From Fimbriimonadales bacterium (GTDB lineage Bacteria; Armatimonadota; Fimbriimonadia; Fimbriimonadales; ATM1): a stretch of DNA of 64,000 nucleotides. A program made the position numbers and the translations under genes. The stretch's first letter is position 1, and every line of letters starts with the position of its first letter. Shown one piece after another: positions 39,300-49,531 of this stretch. Location of the stretch: positions 1-64,000 of the forward strand of contig JBPCLO010000027.1 of NCBI GenBank assembly GCA_051003155.1, read 5' to 3'. The notes under the pieces were generated by a model. That model did no database searches. It was not told the DNA's origin and saw only the letters and a program-made list of their open reading frames with translations.

Positions 39300-40166
39300 A
39301 TGCTGGAATTGATGTGCCTGTTCGACAAATGGCCGGGCCGGCGGGTGCCCACTCTAAGTTCTCGCGAATTCACTATTGTCGCGCGGTGCTTAGCCCAGCA
39401 CAGATCGGCGGGTGAGCGTGCGTACTGTCTTCGATCGGGAGGCCTTTGGGAAGCCGCCGCTCTCGTGGAGGATGCAGGCCTCCGTGCGAGCGCGTCGGGG
39501 GCGTTCCGGGATCGGCTGAGGGGCGGCTGGAAGCCCTTGCTCGCTTCCTCTCCCCTTATGCCGCCGCGCCTCCGGTCGTCGCTGGGCCATTCCTGCCCGC
39601 CGGTGCTGTGGCTTCGCGGTTCGGCAATGCGGCTCCGACAGCCAGGAGTCGGGATCGTCGGCAGCCGCACGCTCTCCGTGGACGAAGCCCGATTCGCATC
39701 CGAGGCGGGCGCATTGCTCGCCCGGATGGGCGCCACCGTCTTTTCAGGAGGCGCCGCGGGGTCGGATTCATTCGGCGTTGCCGGGGCGGTGAGAGCAGGC
39801 GGTTACGGGGTTCACTTCCTGCCGGGAGGCGAGCCGCGCAGATACCCCGAGGGCTGCCTCCTGAGCCGCTTCCCGGAGGCGCCCGAGTTCGACCGAATCG
39901 AGGCTCTCATCCGCAATCGGTGGATTTACGCTGCCTCGGATGCCGTCATCCTTGTTAGCAGCAGGTTCGGCCAAGGCGGAAGTTGGGCCGGGGCAATCTC
40001 CGCCCGCAGGTCACGCGCGTCGCCGATCCTCGTATTTCGAGGCAAACAGCCGAGTTCGGGCAACGAGGTTCTGGCCAAGCTCGGAGCGACTTCCGTTTCC
40101 TCAATCGCCGAGCTCGAGGGAGCCTTGAGACCGTGCTTGGCGAAGCCTCTCGAGCTCGCAGTGTAG
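39300..40166 (+). CDS. dprA: DprA/Smf family DNA-processing protein
   Basis: PPVLWLRG, GIVGSR, SGGAAGSD, RNRWIYAASD, GGSWAGA. Confidence 0.8.
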   Translation: MLELMCLFDKWPGRRVPTLSSREFTIVARCLAQHRSAGERAYCLRSGGLWEAAALVEDAGLRASASGAFRDRLRGGWKPLLASSPLMPPRLRSSLGHSCPPVLWLRGSAMRLRQPGVGIVGSRTLSVDEARFASEAGALLARMGATVFSGGAAGSDSFGVAGAVRAGGYGVHFLPGGEPRRYPEGCLLSRFPEAPEFDRIEALIRNRWIYAASDAVILVSSRFGQGGSWAGAISARRSRASPILVFRGKQPSSGNEVLAKLGATSVSSIAELEGALRPCLAKPLELAV

Positions 40167-40216
40167 ACGCCAACCTCGCCGAGCGATTTCAGTCCCGCGG
40201 CGCGTCTAACAGTTCG

Positions 40217-41659
40217 ATGCTCGCCCTGGCCGCTGCTTCGTTGGCTCTTTCAATCCCTCAATTGGGCTGGCGCGCGGGCACTCCTGAGCCGATTCTGGAA
40301 GCCAGCCCGCGCTGGGTCGAACTGTATTGGAAAGCCTGGGAAAACGTCCAGGTGGCCACGGTGAAATCCGACGGTCCTCCCGGAATGCAGGGGCCGGGCT
40401 CGAAGCCGTTTCCGCACGGCGTTATTGCCGAAGGAGGGGCCGAGAATTACGACGGATCCCTTGCCGTAGCACTTTTTGGGCGCTGGGCATTTCGCGCCTG
40501 CGGGGCGGACGCGACGATCAGGTGGGCGTTAGGAAAGGTTGACACATCCGGCAGGGTTTCGAACGCTGCCGGCAGCTTCGCCTGGGAGGCGCATGGTCCC
40601 CCGATTGCCGGTCTTGTTGCCTGGAGGCTATACCAGATCACCGGGGACAAGGCGAAACTCGAGCCATTGTTAGCCCCGCTTGTTCGGCGCCACGCCTATA
40701 TCACCGCGCGGTACACTGCCGAGCCCGAGCCCAAGCCGGACAACCCGAAAGACAAACCCAAGGTGCGACACTTCGTTGCGCCAGGCCTTTCGGTCATTCC
40801 GGGACCGGCACCCGAAGTTGAGCAATCCGCAGAGGCAGTCGGCCTCCTGCTGCAAGGGGCCGTTTTCCTGAGGAAAGTCGCCCGAACGCTCGGCGTCGGT
40901 AGGGCCGAGCGCGTGTACGAAGGGCTCGTCGAGCGCGGATCGGCGGATCTGGCGGCGATGTGGGATACCGACCTAAAGATGCTCACCGGCCGAAATGCGG
41001 AGGACGAGCCGTCGGAACGGCGCTCTTTGGTGCCGCTTTGGGGGCTGATCGGGGGTGAAGTCCCTGTAAGCGTTTCGCAAGCGGCCCTCGGAGCGCTACG
41101 CGACCCGAAGCTTTTCTACCGGCGGACGCTGTTCCCCCTTCTGCCGAAAACCGACCCGGTATACGACGGATCCGCTGGTGTCCGCCCCTTGTACTCGTAC
41201 CTCACGCTGCGGTCGCTCATCGACTGCGGTTTATCTGAGCAAGCGGGGCGGGCGGCGGAGTCGATGCTCAGCGTGTACGAAGGTGCCGCAGGATCGAGCC
41301 TGACACTTTTTGACATGTACGGCCCCGAGACAAGGACGCCCGCCCCGCGGGCCAATCCACACTCCCTCGAAGCGGGCTTGATCGTGATCGCAGCCCTAAT
41401 CGAAGCCGTTATCGGGATCGACGTCGACGCTTCCAAATCTGAGGTCCAGTGGAACATCCGGCGCGCGGACCGACACGGAATCGCCAACCTCCGCTTCGGC
41501 AATAACCTCGTCACCTTGAGATGCGGGCCGCGCCAAACGTCCGGGGACTTGCCGACTGTGTCCATAGACTGCGAACGGCCGTTCACGCTCTCGATCGCGT
41601 GGGGATCGCAGAAGGCAAAGAAGCGGTTCCCTGAAGGCAGGCATCAGTGGACTCCGTAG
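40217..41659 (+). CDS. Secreted six-hairpin glycosidase-like protein (MGH1/GH63-like)
   Basis: Signal peptide, ELYWKAW, PP..GLVAWRLYQITGD, MWD, C-terminal HGIANLRFG beta domain. Confidence 0.6.
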   Translation: MLALAAASLALSIPQLGWRAGTPEPILEASPRWVELYWKAWENVQVATVKSDGPPGMQGPGSKPFPHGVIAEGGAENYDGSLAVALFGRWAFRACGADATIRWALGKVDTSGRVSNAAGSFAWEAHGPPIAGLVAWRLYQITGDKAKLEPLLAPLVRRHAYITARYTAEPEPKPDNPKDKPKVRHFVAPGLSVIPGPAPEVEQSAEAVGLLLQGAVFLRKVARTLGVGRAERVYEGLVERGSADLAAMWDTDLKMLTGRNAEDEPSERRSLVPLWGLIGGEVPVSVSQAALGALRDPKLFYRRTLFPLLPKTDPVYDGSAGVRPLYSYLTLRSLIDCGLSEQAGRAAESMLSVYEGAAGSSLTLFDMYGPETRTPAPRANPHSLEAGLIVIAALIEAVIGIDVDASKSEVQWNIRRADRHGIANLRFGNNLVTLRCGPRQTSGDLPTVSIDCERPFTLSIAWGSQKAKKRFPEGRHQWTP

Positions 41660-41663
41660 AGGC

Positions 41664-42641
41664 CTACGATAGAAACGGCACCGGCTCGCCTATCCCAGCG
41701 CTCCGATATCCCGCCATGGCGAAGCGCGCTGCCAGCAAGCCGTCTTCCAGGCTCACTGGAGGATGCACGTCTTCCTCTACACACTTGATAAAAGCGGCCA
41801 CCACCGCGGAGTCAAGGTCGCTTGCAAAAGAGGCAACGGAGCCCCTCATCGCGTTGTTGGAATACACGTCGAAGGCCTGAGCGAACATGTCCAACTGGAT
41901 GACCCCATTATCTCCGACCACGCTCAGCTTGACGTCACCCCACGTCTTGTACGAGGACGGGCGTGACCAACTCGCGTCGATCGTTGCAAAAATGCCGCTC
42001 GGAAATTTCACGTGCAGCATCGCCGTGTCCTCCCAGCTCTGACCGTAAAGCAAGTTCGCCGTTTGCGCGTAAACCTCCGCGGGTTCCTCGCGCAAGAGGT
42101 CGCGTAGAAGGTCGGCCACGTGAACGGTATGGTCCATCATCGCGCCGCCCCCGGACTTGTCTTCTTCGACGAACCAGCCGAACGGACACGTACCGTGGTT
42201 GGTGGCATTGATCGCGAGGATGTTCCCGATATCGCCGTTCGCGATTCGCTCTTTGAGACGTGCGTAGGCGGGGCTGAAGCGGCACGGGAACGCGGTCATT
42301 ACCTTGACGCCGGCGGTACCCTCCGCCATCATCGTGGCCTCCTCTTCGGTAGCTACGAGCGGCTTTTCGCAAAGAATATGCTTCCCCTTCGCGGCCGCGG
42401 CTTTGGCCAAGTTGACGTGCCGTTTGTTTTCGCTGGTGATGATCACAGCGTCGGCCCTCTCGAGAGCCTCCGACCGATCGGCGAAGAACGGAACGCCAAA
42501 CCGTGAGGCGAACTCACGTCCACGCGCCGAGTCGTCGTCCCAAACTCCAACAAACTCGCAGCCGGGATTGCTCAAAACGCCGTACGCGTAACCGAAACTG
42601 TGCATGTGTGCGGTGGAGAGGATGGCGACACGAACCGGCAT
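41664..42641 (-). CDS. Gfo/Idh/MocA family oxidoreductase
   Basis: GKHILCEKP, SGGGAMMDHTVH, EDTA. Confidence 0.92.
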   Translation of the reverse strand: MPVRVAILSTAHMHSFGYAYGVLSNPGCEFVGVWDDDSARGREFASRFGVPFFADRSEALERADAVIITSENKRHVNLAKAAAAKGKHILCEKPLVATEEEATMMAEGTAGVKVMTAFPCRFSPAYARLKERIANGDIGNILAINATNHGTCPFGWFVEEDKSGGGAMMDHTVHVADLLRDLLREEPAEVYAQTANLLYGQSWEDTAMLHVKFPSGIFATIDASWSRPSSYKTWGDVKLSVVGDNGVIQLDMFAQAFDVYSNNAMRGSVASFASDLDSAVVAAFIKCVEEDVHPPVSLEDGLLAARFAMAGYRSAGIGEPVPFLS

Positions 42642-42676
42642 ACCCGATAGTTTGCCGCAGGCCAAGGACTTCTTGC

Positions 42677-43486
42677 TCAGAAGCTATCGACGAGAAACCG
42701 TTCGAGCTCGCGCTTCGCGATGAGGATGCCCGGACGCCGCATCGCACCCGACCACGTCTCGCTGTGAGGCTCGATGCTGATTACGCCCTTGTACCGCTTC
42801 TTGTACAGGATGCCGATCAGCTTGCCCCAATCGAAGTCTCCCTGCCCCGCCATGGGCTCGTCGACCACCCTGTCCCCGACCTTCAGCACCTCCTTCGCGT
42901 GGAAGTGGATCACGTGCTCTCCGTAGTCGGCGAGGTGGGCATACGGGTCGTCGCCCGCGTTGTAAGGGTGCGACGGATCGAATTTGATCCCGATCCCCGG
43001 CAGCTGTTTCAGCACTACGTCCCAGGCAGCCGGGCCGGTAACGCAGTTCGCCCATGGGCAGTTGTAGAAGCAAACCCTCACGTTCCTCTCTTCCGCATAT
43101 TCTGGGATTCCCTTGTAGATCGCGACCACGTCTTTCAATTTCGCGTCCAATTGATCGCCCTCGCGATCGCCACCGCCCGTCATCACGATTGGACAGTGCA
43201 GATGGGCTGCGTAGTCGATCGTATGCTTGAGCCTGCGTAGCGCCTCATCGCGCTTAGCAGCGTCCTTGCTGATGAAATCTTGCCCCCAGCAGCCCAAGGC
43301 GCAAGCATGCACCAGATGCTGGCGCAGCCAAAGATGCATCTGGGTCGCTTGGGGGAAGCTGTCGTCAAAGTCGACGTGGTAGTTGTACTCGACATTAGGT
43401 AGGCCGTTTCCCTGGGCCCACTTGATGTCGCTTTCGTCGTGCTCAGCGATAAAGCCTAGCCTGATCGGCGCCTCGAGATGCTGCAT
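42677..43486 (-). CDS. Sugar phosphate isomerase/epimerase (TIM barrel)
   Basis: KFDPSH, HFHAKE, GQGDFDW, SIEPH. Confidence 0.85.
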   Translation of the reverse strand: MQHLEAPIRLGFIAEHDESDIKWAQGNGLPNVEYNYHVDFDDSFPQATQMHLWLRQHLVHACALGCWGQDFISKDAAKRDEALRRLKHTIDYAAHLHCPIVMTGGGDREGDQLDAKLKDVVAIYKGIPEYAEERNVRVCFYNCPWANCVTGPAAWDVVLKQLPGIGIKFDPSHPYNAGDDPYAHLADYGEHVIHFHAKEVLKVGDRVVDEPMAGQGDFDWGKLIGILYKKRYKGVISIEPHSETWSGAMRRPGILIAKRELERFLVDSF

Positions 43487-43522
43487 GGCGTTACGATTCG
43501 GCGGAGAATCTCTTTTTCCTTG

Positions 43523-45256
43523 CTACACGCTCGATGACTGCGCCGACTCCGGAATCGGTAGCAGGATCGTGAACCGGGCGCCTTTGCCCTCCTCGCCGCT
43601 CTCGTACAGCTTACCGCCATGTGCGTCGATGATCCCCTTTACAATGGAAAGCCCCAGTCCCATGCCGCGTGGGCGCGAAGACTTGTAGGGCATAAAAATC
43701 GACTCTTTGCTTCCCGTGGCAACACCCGGACCCTGGTCTTCCACCTCGATGAGAACATGCTCAAGTCCCCGCGGGTCCCACTTTGCGCGGCGAAGATCTT
43801 CGGGCGTCGCGACGCGAGTTCTGAGCGCGATTTCGCCACGCTCCACGAAATGGAGCGCGTTCTCGACGAGCTCCGAGATGGCTCTTTCGATTTTCTTGGG
43901 GTCAAATTTGAAGCTGTCTATGTTGCCGGCGAGATCGAGCTTTAGCTTTACAGGGCTGGTTTCCGGGATCAGCGCATTGGCCGCATCCCTGGCCACTGCG
44001 TTGATGTCGGCAACTTCTTCGTTCAGTTTGGTTGCGGTTACAAAATCGCGAAACTCATGCAGGATTTCATCGAGCCGTCCAATTCCTTTTTCAAGGCTTT
44101 CCGTAATATTCGCAATGCTATTCCGCGCAAGCTCCGGTTTGCTCAAAAGATGTTTCAGCTCGTTTAAGTCGCCTTTAAGTGCAAAGACGCGATTGCCTAT
44201 CATATGCGAGCTTTTCGCACTTAATTCCCCCCAGGCGGCCATTCTCTCGCTGTTAATCAATTTTCTCATTCCGCGCAATTTCTGCAAGCCGGCTCCCAAC
44301 TGTTCAGCGATTGCCATGAGCAGCCTCTCGTCGCCCTCGGTAAAGCGGTTGTCGATAAACGGATTGCTGGCCTTTTTCCGCAATGCCCGCATGCAGCCCA
44401 AAGCAGTTCCGCCGCTCGTGATCGGCACCGCAAGAAAGGACTTAATCTCTTCCCGCGGAAACTCGAGAAATCTGCCTCGCCAGCGCGGGTCCTTCGACGG
44501 GTCGGAGAGGCGCACTGGTTCGCAGTGCTCGCAAACCCATCCAGTACAACCCTCCCCGGCTAAATATTGGGCTTCAGGAGCGAGGGTCGACGAGCCGACA
44601 GTATCGTTAAGGACGAACGCTTGCGCCCTTTCATCCCAAAGGAAGATCGAATAGGCACTGACCCGGAGCACTTTCTGCGTGACGGACGCCACTCGCTTGA
44701 GAAGGTCCTCCTCGGTTTTGGCCTGGTCGAGGGCGGTGACGATCTGAAAGAGAGCCTCTTCCGTAATGCGCGAGTCTTCGCGATCCAGGACGATTCCCGC
44801 GATAACGGCGAGGAGCTCGAGATTCTCCTTGTCCAGATCGTCGAATTTCGCCGTCTCATCAGACTCCGCATTCAGAACACCACGCATTCGCGCGTCCGCG
44901 TCCCGGATCGGCGAGGCCAGCTCGCTGCGCGTCCCCTCGATCAGCCGCCTATACCTGCTCTCGACCCGAACGTCGCTGCTCAAATACGAAGTCCCTGTGG
45001 CGGCCACGTATGCGGTAATGCCTTCGTTCTGCTCGTCGCCGATGTTGATCTGCTCGCCGAGAAGGTTAGGGCTCCAATCCTCCCCGATGCCCGCGCGCAG
45101 AGTCATGTAGCCTTGCTCCGCGTTGAAGTCCGCGATCATCGCGTTACGCGCGCCCGTCATCGTCACCGCGTTCTCGCACACGGTGTAAAGGGTCGTGGCG
45201 TCGTGCGACAGCGATACCTGCTCTAAAAGTTTGCGCAACTGCACGACGGTGTCCAC
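43523..45256 (-). CDS. Cytoplasmic sensor histidine kinase with two GAF domains
   Basis: Two GAF domains; H-box SSHMIGN; ENA, DQGPG and GMGLGL boxes. Confidence 0.9.
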   Translation of the reverse strand: MDTVVQLRKLLEQVSLSHDATTLYTVCENAVTMTGARNAMIADFNAEQGYMTLRAGIGEDWSPNLLGEQINIGDEQNEGITAYVAATGTSYLSSDVRVESRYRRLIEGTRSELASPIRDADARMRGVLNAESDETAKFDDLDKENLELLAVIAGIVLDREDSRITEEALFQIVTALDQAKTEEDLLKRVASVTQKVLRVSAYSIFLWDERAQAFVLNDTVGSSTLAPEAQYLAGEGCTGWVCEHCEPVRLSDPSKDPRWRGRFLEFPREEIKSFLAVPITSGGTALGCMRALRKKASNPFIDNRFTEGDERLLMAIAEQLGAGLQKLRGMRKLINSERMAAWGELSAKSSHMIGNRVFALKGDLNELKHLLSKPELARNSIANITESLEKGIGRLDEILHEFRDFVTATKLNEEVADINAVARDAANALIPETSPVKLKLDLAGNIDSFKFDPKKIERAISELVENALHFVERGEIALRTRVATPEDLRRAKWDPRGLEHVLIEVEDQGPGVATGSKESIFMPYKSSRPRGMGLGLSIVKGIIDAHGGKLYESGEEGKGARFTILLPIPESAQSSSV

Positions 45257-45395
45257 CGCGAGATTATGACCTCCGGCGGAGACTCTCGCACCTCCGGAAC
45301 CGTCTTGGAGACGCTTGTTGTCACGCCTCCGCGATCGTGCGACAGCATGGGCGCGTGTAACCTAGCCATCTCTTCGAATCGGCGTATAGTTAGGC

Positions 45396-46511
45396 ATGAG
45401 GAGAGTTGCGGGCTTCGTTCTGTTTGGATTGTTTGGCGTCGGCCTGGCGCAATACAAGGTCGAGGTCCTGCATCCCGACGGCGTCGGGCCGAGATCCTTC
45501 GGCATGGGAGCGGGCGGTGGGCAGCAGGTGGGGCATACGAACCTTTTTCAGATTGGCCCCAGCCACGCGCTGCTCTGGTCGGGATCGCAGGAGAGCTTCA
45601 TCTACTTGCATCCCGCCGGCTGGGACGGGTCGTATGCGATGGGCGTATCGGGCGGCAAGCAGATCGGCTACCGTGAGAGGAGCTCCGGCCAAGGTCGCGG
45701 GCAGTTCGCGACCCTTTGGTCCGGCTCGGCGAAGAGCTGGGTGGACTTGCACGACGACCGGTACATCGAAACGAACGGTCTTGGGATCGGCGGAGATCAG
45801 CAGGTCGGCTTTGGCGCGATCAACCAAGAGGACGTGCACGCGCCCATGTGGCTCGGCACAGCGAAGTCCCTCGTAAGTTTGCATCCTGGCAATGAGTTCG
45901 AGGCGAGCAGAGCGTACGACACCGACGGCAAGCAGCAGGTTGGCGGCGCCGCGACTAGAGTCTTCTCCCACGCAGCGCTGTGGACCGGCACAGCGGAGAG
46001 CTACGTGGACCTGGGACCGAAAGGGTATGGGACTAGCGTAGCTCATGGAGTGGCCAAGGGCCAGCAAGCAGGTTGGGCGGCTTTCGATGGGAACGCGCAC
46101 GCCGGCATTTGGCGAGGAACCGCGGAGTCGTTCGTCGACTTGAATCCTGGACCCAACGATCAGGTTGGTTCGATAGCATTCGCAACGAACGGCGAGACAC
46201 AGGTGGGAGTTGCCGCTGGGCTACTGATCGGCGGCTTCCATGCTTCTTTGTGGCACGGGAGTCCAGAGACGTTCCCGGACCTGCATACTTTTCTCCCCGA
46301 GCGATTCCAAGGAAAGGGAGCCGAGTCGGAAGCAAGGGGAATCGACGAATTCGGCCATATCGTCGGGTGGGCGCGAGACACCAACACGCAGGCCGCGCAA
46401 GCGATTCTTTGGACGCCGGTGCCAGAGCCAGCTTCCGGCACCATTCTATTGACATCCCTCGTTCTGTTGCTGGCTAGAAGAAGCGGGGGAACCCAGACGA
46501 AGACGCCCTAG
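45396..46511 (+). CDS. PEP-CTERM exosortase-target protein with internal repeats
   Basis: Signal peptide; about 7 repeats of roughly 40-45 aa (QQVG...HAxLWxGTAESxVDL); C-terminal VPEP, TM helix and RR. Confidence 0.88.
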   Translation: MRRVAGFVLFGLFGVGLAQYKVEVLHPDGVGPRSFGMGAGGGQQVGHTNLFQIGPSHALLWSGSQESFIYLHPAGWDGSYAMGVSGGKQIGYRERSSGQGRGQFATLWSGSAKSWVDLHDDRYIETNGLGIGGDQQVGFGAINQEDVHAPMWLGTAKSLVSLHPGNEFEASRAYDTDGKQQVGGAATRVFSHAALWTGTAESYVDLGPKGYGTSVAHGVAKGQQAGWAAFDGNAHAGIWRGTAESFVDLNPGPNDQVGSIAFATNGETQVGVAAGLLIGGFHASLWHGSPETFPDLHTFLPERFQGKGAESEARGIDEFGHIVGWARDTNTQAAQAILWTPVPEPASGTILLTSLVLLLARRSGGTQTKTP

Positions 46512-46661
46512 ATCTGGGAATTCGACCCCGCGGATACCGGCCAGATGGCCCACCGGATCGCGCGTTGGCTCAACTGCAGCGAACCCGGCCCTTGGAGCGA
46601 CACCGTCAGCGCAACTATGCCCTGGGTAGAGAACACTTCGAGTGACGAAGAGCGGCAGTAA
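46512..46661 (+). pseudogene. C-terminal fragment of an unknown gene, in frame after the PEP-CTERM stop
   Basis: IWEFDPADTGQMAHRIARWLNCSEPGPWSDTVSAT... has an FN3-like GPWS ending. Confidence 0.4.
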
Positions 46662-46702
46662 CCCGAAAGAGCCGCCAGCATTTCGGGTACACTGCCGTCT
46701 TC
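46647..46702. repeat. Long imperfect inverted repeat
   Basis: GAAGA/TCTTC, CGGCAGT/ACTGCCG and ACCCGAAA/TTTCGGGT pairings around a 12-nt loop. Confidence 0.7.
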
Positions 46703-46828
46703 TTTCGGGGGAACCCAGAATGACCATTCGTTTCGCTTGAGCTAAAAAACACCGGCCACTTCGATCGCGCGGCCTTTCGCCCGCCGGTTCGGCCGTACTA
46801 GCTCCTCCTTTCAGCCTTTCGTGCCTGT

Positions 46829-48223
46829 ATGCAATGCATATCGGCCCCCGTCCACAGCGGAGCGTTTCCCTTGTCATCGAATTACAGCAAACAATCCATA
46901 TTCAGCTACGCCGGCTTTCGGGACATATTCATCGGCCAGCTTATCTCGCAGTTCGGCGACGTGCTGTACTTCCTGGTCTTCCTTTGGTGGGCCTACGAGA
47001 TCGGTGGCGCGGCGGCGGTAGGCATCGTCAGCGCGTGCTCGGTGGGGGCTTACCTGGTGCTATCGCTCTACGCGGGCACGGTCGCTGACCGCTACGACCG
47101 CCGGACGATACTTCTGGTTTCTGATATTGCGTGCGCAATCATCATAGTGGGCCTCATTGTAGTTGTGCTGATCGACCCGACGCCGCGGCTGTGGGTGCTC
47201 TGCGCGTTCACGGTCGCCTTGAAAGCGGCGTTCGTGTTTCAGAGGCCGGCGCGGACGGCCGCGATACCTCGGCTTGTGCCTACCGCGAGATTGCTGGAAG
47301 CAAACTCTCTAAATACGACGTTCCAAACCGCGATGCCTTTGGCCGGCAACGCGCTCGGAGCGGTGGTGCTCGGCGCCATCTTCAAGCTGAGTGCCTCGCT
47401 TGCCTACATCGTGACCTTCGCTGTGAACGGCATCACCTTCATCTTGTCGGCGATCTTTATGGCCAAGCTGCCGCCGATCGTCCCGGAGCGCGAAGGCCCG
47501 CCCAAGCACGCCTGGCACGAAGCCAAAGAGGGAATCAAGTTCATTTGGAGTCATTCGGTGCTGCGACCTTGTGCGATCCTGTTTTTTGGGTTCGAGTTCT
47601 TTGTCGCGCCATTTATGCCCGCTTACGTTATTGCGGCCAAAACGACCTTCGCGTCCGGGTTCAATTTGTTCGGTCTGAACATTGCCGGGCCCGCCCTCCT
47701 GGCTCTGCTCGAAACCGGGTTCTTCCTCGGCTTCGTCCTTGGCTCGTTCGTGCTCTACAAGCGCCCTGTCCACCGTGTCGGCTACGCGTTCGCGGTGTTC
47801 ATGGCGCTCGGTTCGCTCACGATCATCCCGATGGGCTGGATCACGTCGATCCCGCTCTTCTGGTTCCTGAACTTCCTTTGCGGCCTGTGCTTCCCATTCG
47901 GAATCATCCCGCTCGAAACGTTCATGCAGACAGTTACGCCGGATGAATTCCGAGGCCGAATGAGCTCCGCGATCGGCACGCTGAGCGCAAGCGCGGCGCC
48001 GGTCGGGATGCTGCTCAGCGGCTTCCTGATCGTATGGATCGGGTTGACGGGAACGTTCGCGTTTATCGGAATCGGCTTGGTGATCACCGCGCTGGCAGGC
48101 CTGATTCCGGCCAGCTTCAGGCGTGCTCGCCTCACCAACGAGCAGGCAGAGGGCCACGTTTCCGACGAGCAGATCACGCCTGGAGCCCTGGTTCAGGAGA
48201 CGGTTTCGGCGACGGCGGAATAG
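46829..48223 (+). CDS. MFS transporter (DHA3-like)
   Basis: GQLISQFGD, GTVADRYDRR, about 12 TM, PDEFRGR. True start may be TTG 46871. Confidence 0.9.
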   Translation: MQCISAPVHSGAFPLSSNYSKQSIFSYAGFRDIFIGQLISQFGDVLYFLVFLWWAYEIGGAAAVGIVSACSVGAYLVLSLYAGTVADRYDRRTILLVSDIACAIIIVGLIVVVLIDPTPRLWVLCAFTVALKAAFVFQRPARTAAIPRLVPTARLLEANSLNTTFQTAMPLAGNALGAVVLGAIFKLSASLAYIVTFAVNGITFILSAIFMAKLPPIVPEREGPPKHAWHEAKEGIKFIWSHSVLRPCAILFFGFEFFVAPFMPAYVIAAKTTFASGFNLFGLNIAGPALLALLETGFFLGFVLGSFVLYKRPVHRVGYAFAVFMALGSLTIIPMGWITSIPLFWFLNFLCGLCFPFGIIPLETFMQTVTPDEFRGRMSSAIGTLSASAAPVGMLLSGFLIVWIGLTGTFAFIGIGLVITALAGLIPASFRRARLTNEQAEGHVSDEQITPGALVQETVSATAE

Positions 48224-48262
48224 TCCGACAGGCCAGACATGTCGGGCGTCTCCGACCGCGGC

Positions 48263-49510
48263 CTATTGCTGCTCGGCAGGCCCTTCGTCGAAGAGCGATG
48301 TCTTTTGGAAGGCTATTCGCTCTTCGGCGGAATCCTTGGCGGCTAGGACCCCCGCAGGGAGGATTGCATTCTTACCGAACTTCGCGTTAAGAACGTCTAC
48401 GGCGCTGGCCAGCTTATGCCGATCGTTGTCCCGGTCGAAAATCGATGGTGTTCGTTCCGCGGCCGGTTCCAAGTCGTAGAACGTGAGCCCGACCTGCGTC
48501 GGATCCTCGATGGGGTTACTCGCCCAAGCCTCCTGCAATATCTCGACGAGGACAAGCGTCTCGGAGGTCGCCTCGACCTTCACCTTGTGAACCCACTCCT
48601 CTTTCCCATCCCGAACGATGAATGCGGCCTGCCGGCACGTCAACGCCTCCCGCCGCAGACGCGCAGTCGCCTTCTGAAGCAGCCGCAGCAGCACTTGGTA
48701 AGAACCTTCCCGCGTTCGGTGCTGCGGAGGCAGAACATGACTGTTTCCCAAGCTCTTCCGAGGACGCTCCTTCTCCGGAACATCGTATCCGCGCAGGAGG
48801 TACCACCAGCGCCCCCCGACGACGCTGCCGAACGCCGATCGCAACTGCGGCTCGCTCGCCGAGAGCATGTCGGCCGCGGTGAATATCCCGCCAAGGCCCA
48901 GCCGCACCGCCATTCGCTTATTGATTCCATAAAATTCGGTCACGCCGAGTGCGCGGAGCCGCTCGGCCATGGTGTCCGGATGAAGCAGCACCAAACCGTT
49001 CGGCTTCTCCATATCGCTTGCCACCTTGGAAAGGAACGCGTTTGGCGCGAGCCCGATCGAGCAAGTCATGCACTCGCCGACCTGTTCGTAGATCGCGGTT
49101 TTGACGCGAGCCGCGATTGCGCGCGCCGCTTCCTCAGTCGCCTCCGATCCTAAAAGCATCACGCGCATCTCGTCGATCGAGCAAACCTTCTCCACCGGAA
49201 CGACGGATTCCACCGCCTTCACGACTCGGTCGTGGTACTCGGCGTATGTCTTGTGGTCGCCCTCGACCAGCATGATGTGAGGACATAGCCGTTTCGCGTC
49301 ACTCACGCGCGTCAACGTGTTGCAGCCGAACTTCTTCGCCTCATAGCTCGCGGCGATGAGAACAGTGCTGTCAGCCAGCATGGGCACGACGCCGACGGGC
49401 TTACCGCGGAGTTCGGGGTTCTCTTGCTGTTCCACCGACGCGAAGAACGCGTTCAGGTCCAAAAACAAGTACCTGTACGGCGCACCGCGGTTCGGCGAAG
49501 CTAGATGCAT
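48263..49510 (-). CDS. dinB: Y-family DNA polymerase (DinB-like)
   Basis: LDLNAFFASVEQ, AASYEAK, SIDE, SKVASDMEKPNG. Confidence 0.9.
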   Translation of the reverse strand: MHLASPNRGAPYRYLFLDLNAFFASVEQQENPELRGKPVGVVPMLADSTVLIAASYEAKKFGCNTLTRVSDAKRLCPHIMLVEGDHKTYAEYHDRVVKAVESVVPVEKVCSIDEMRVMLLGSEATEEAARAIAARVKTAIYEQVGECMTCSIGLAPNAFLSKVASDMEKPNGLVLLHPDTMAERLRALGVTEFYGINKRMAVRLGLGGIFTAADMLSASEPQLRSAFGSVVGGRWWYLLRGYDVPEKERPRKSLGNSHVLPPQHRTREGSYQVLLRLLQKATARLRREALTCRQAAFIVRDGKEEWVHKVKVEATSETLVLVEILQEAWASNPIEDPTQVGLTFYDLEPAAERTPSIFDRDNDRHKLASAVDVLNAKFGKNAILPAGVLAAKDSAEERIAFQKTSLFDEGPAEQQ

Positions 49511-49531
49511 GTCTACTATTATGGACGAGGC

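Noticed and set aside
45396..46430. CRISPR array
   Set aside because: The periodicity is degenerate protein-level repeats inside an ORF. I saw no identical repeat-spacer array anywhere in the window.
46647..46702. Integron attC sites at the long hairpins (also 13401-13467)
   Set aside because: No RYYYAAC...GTTRRRY boxes, no integrase, and the hairpins do not share sequence.
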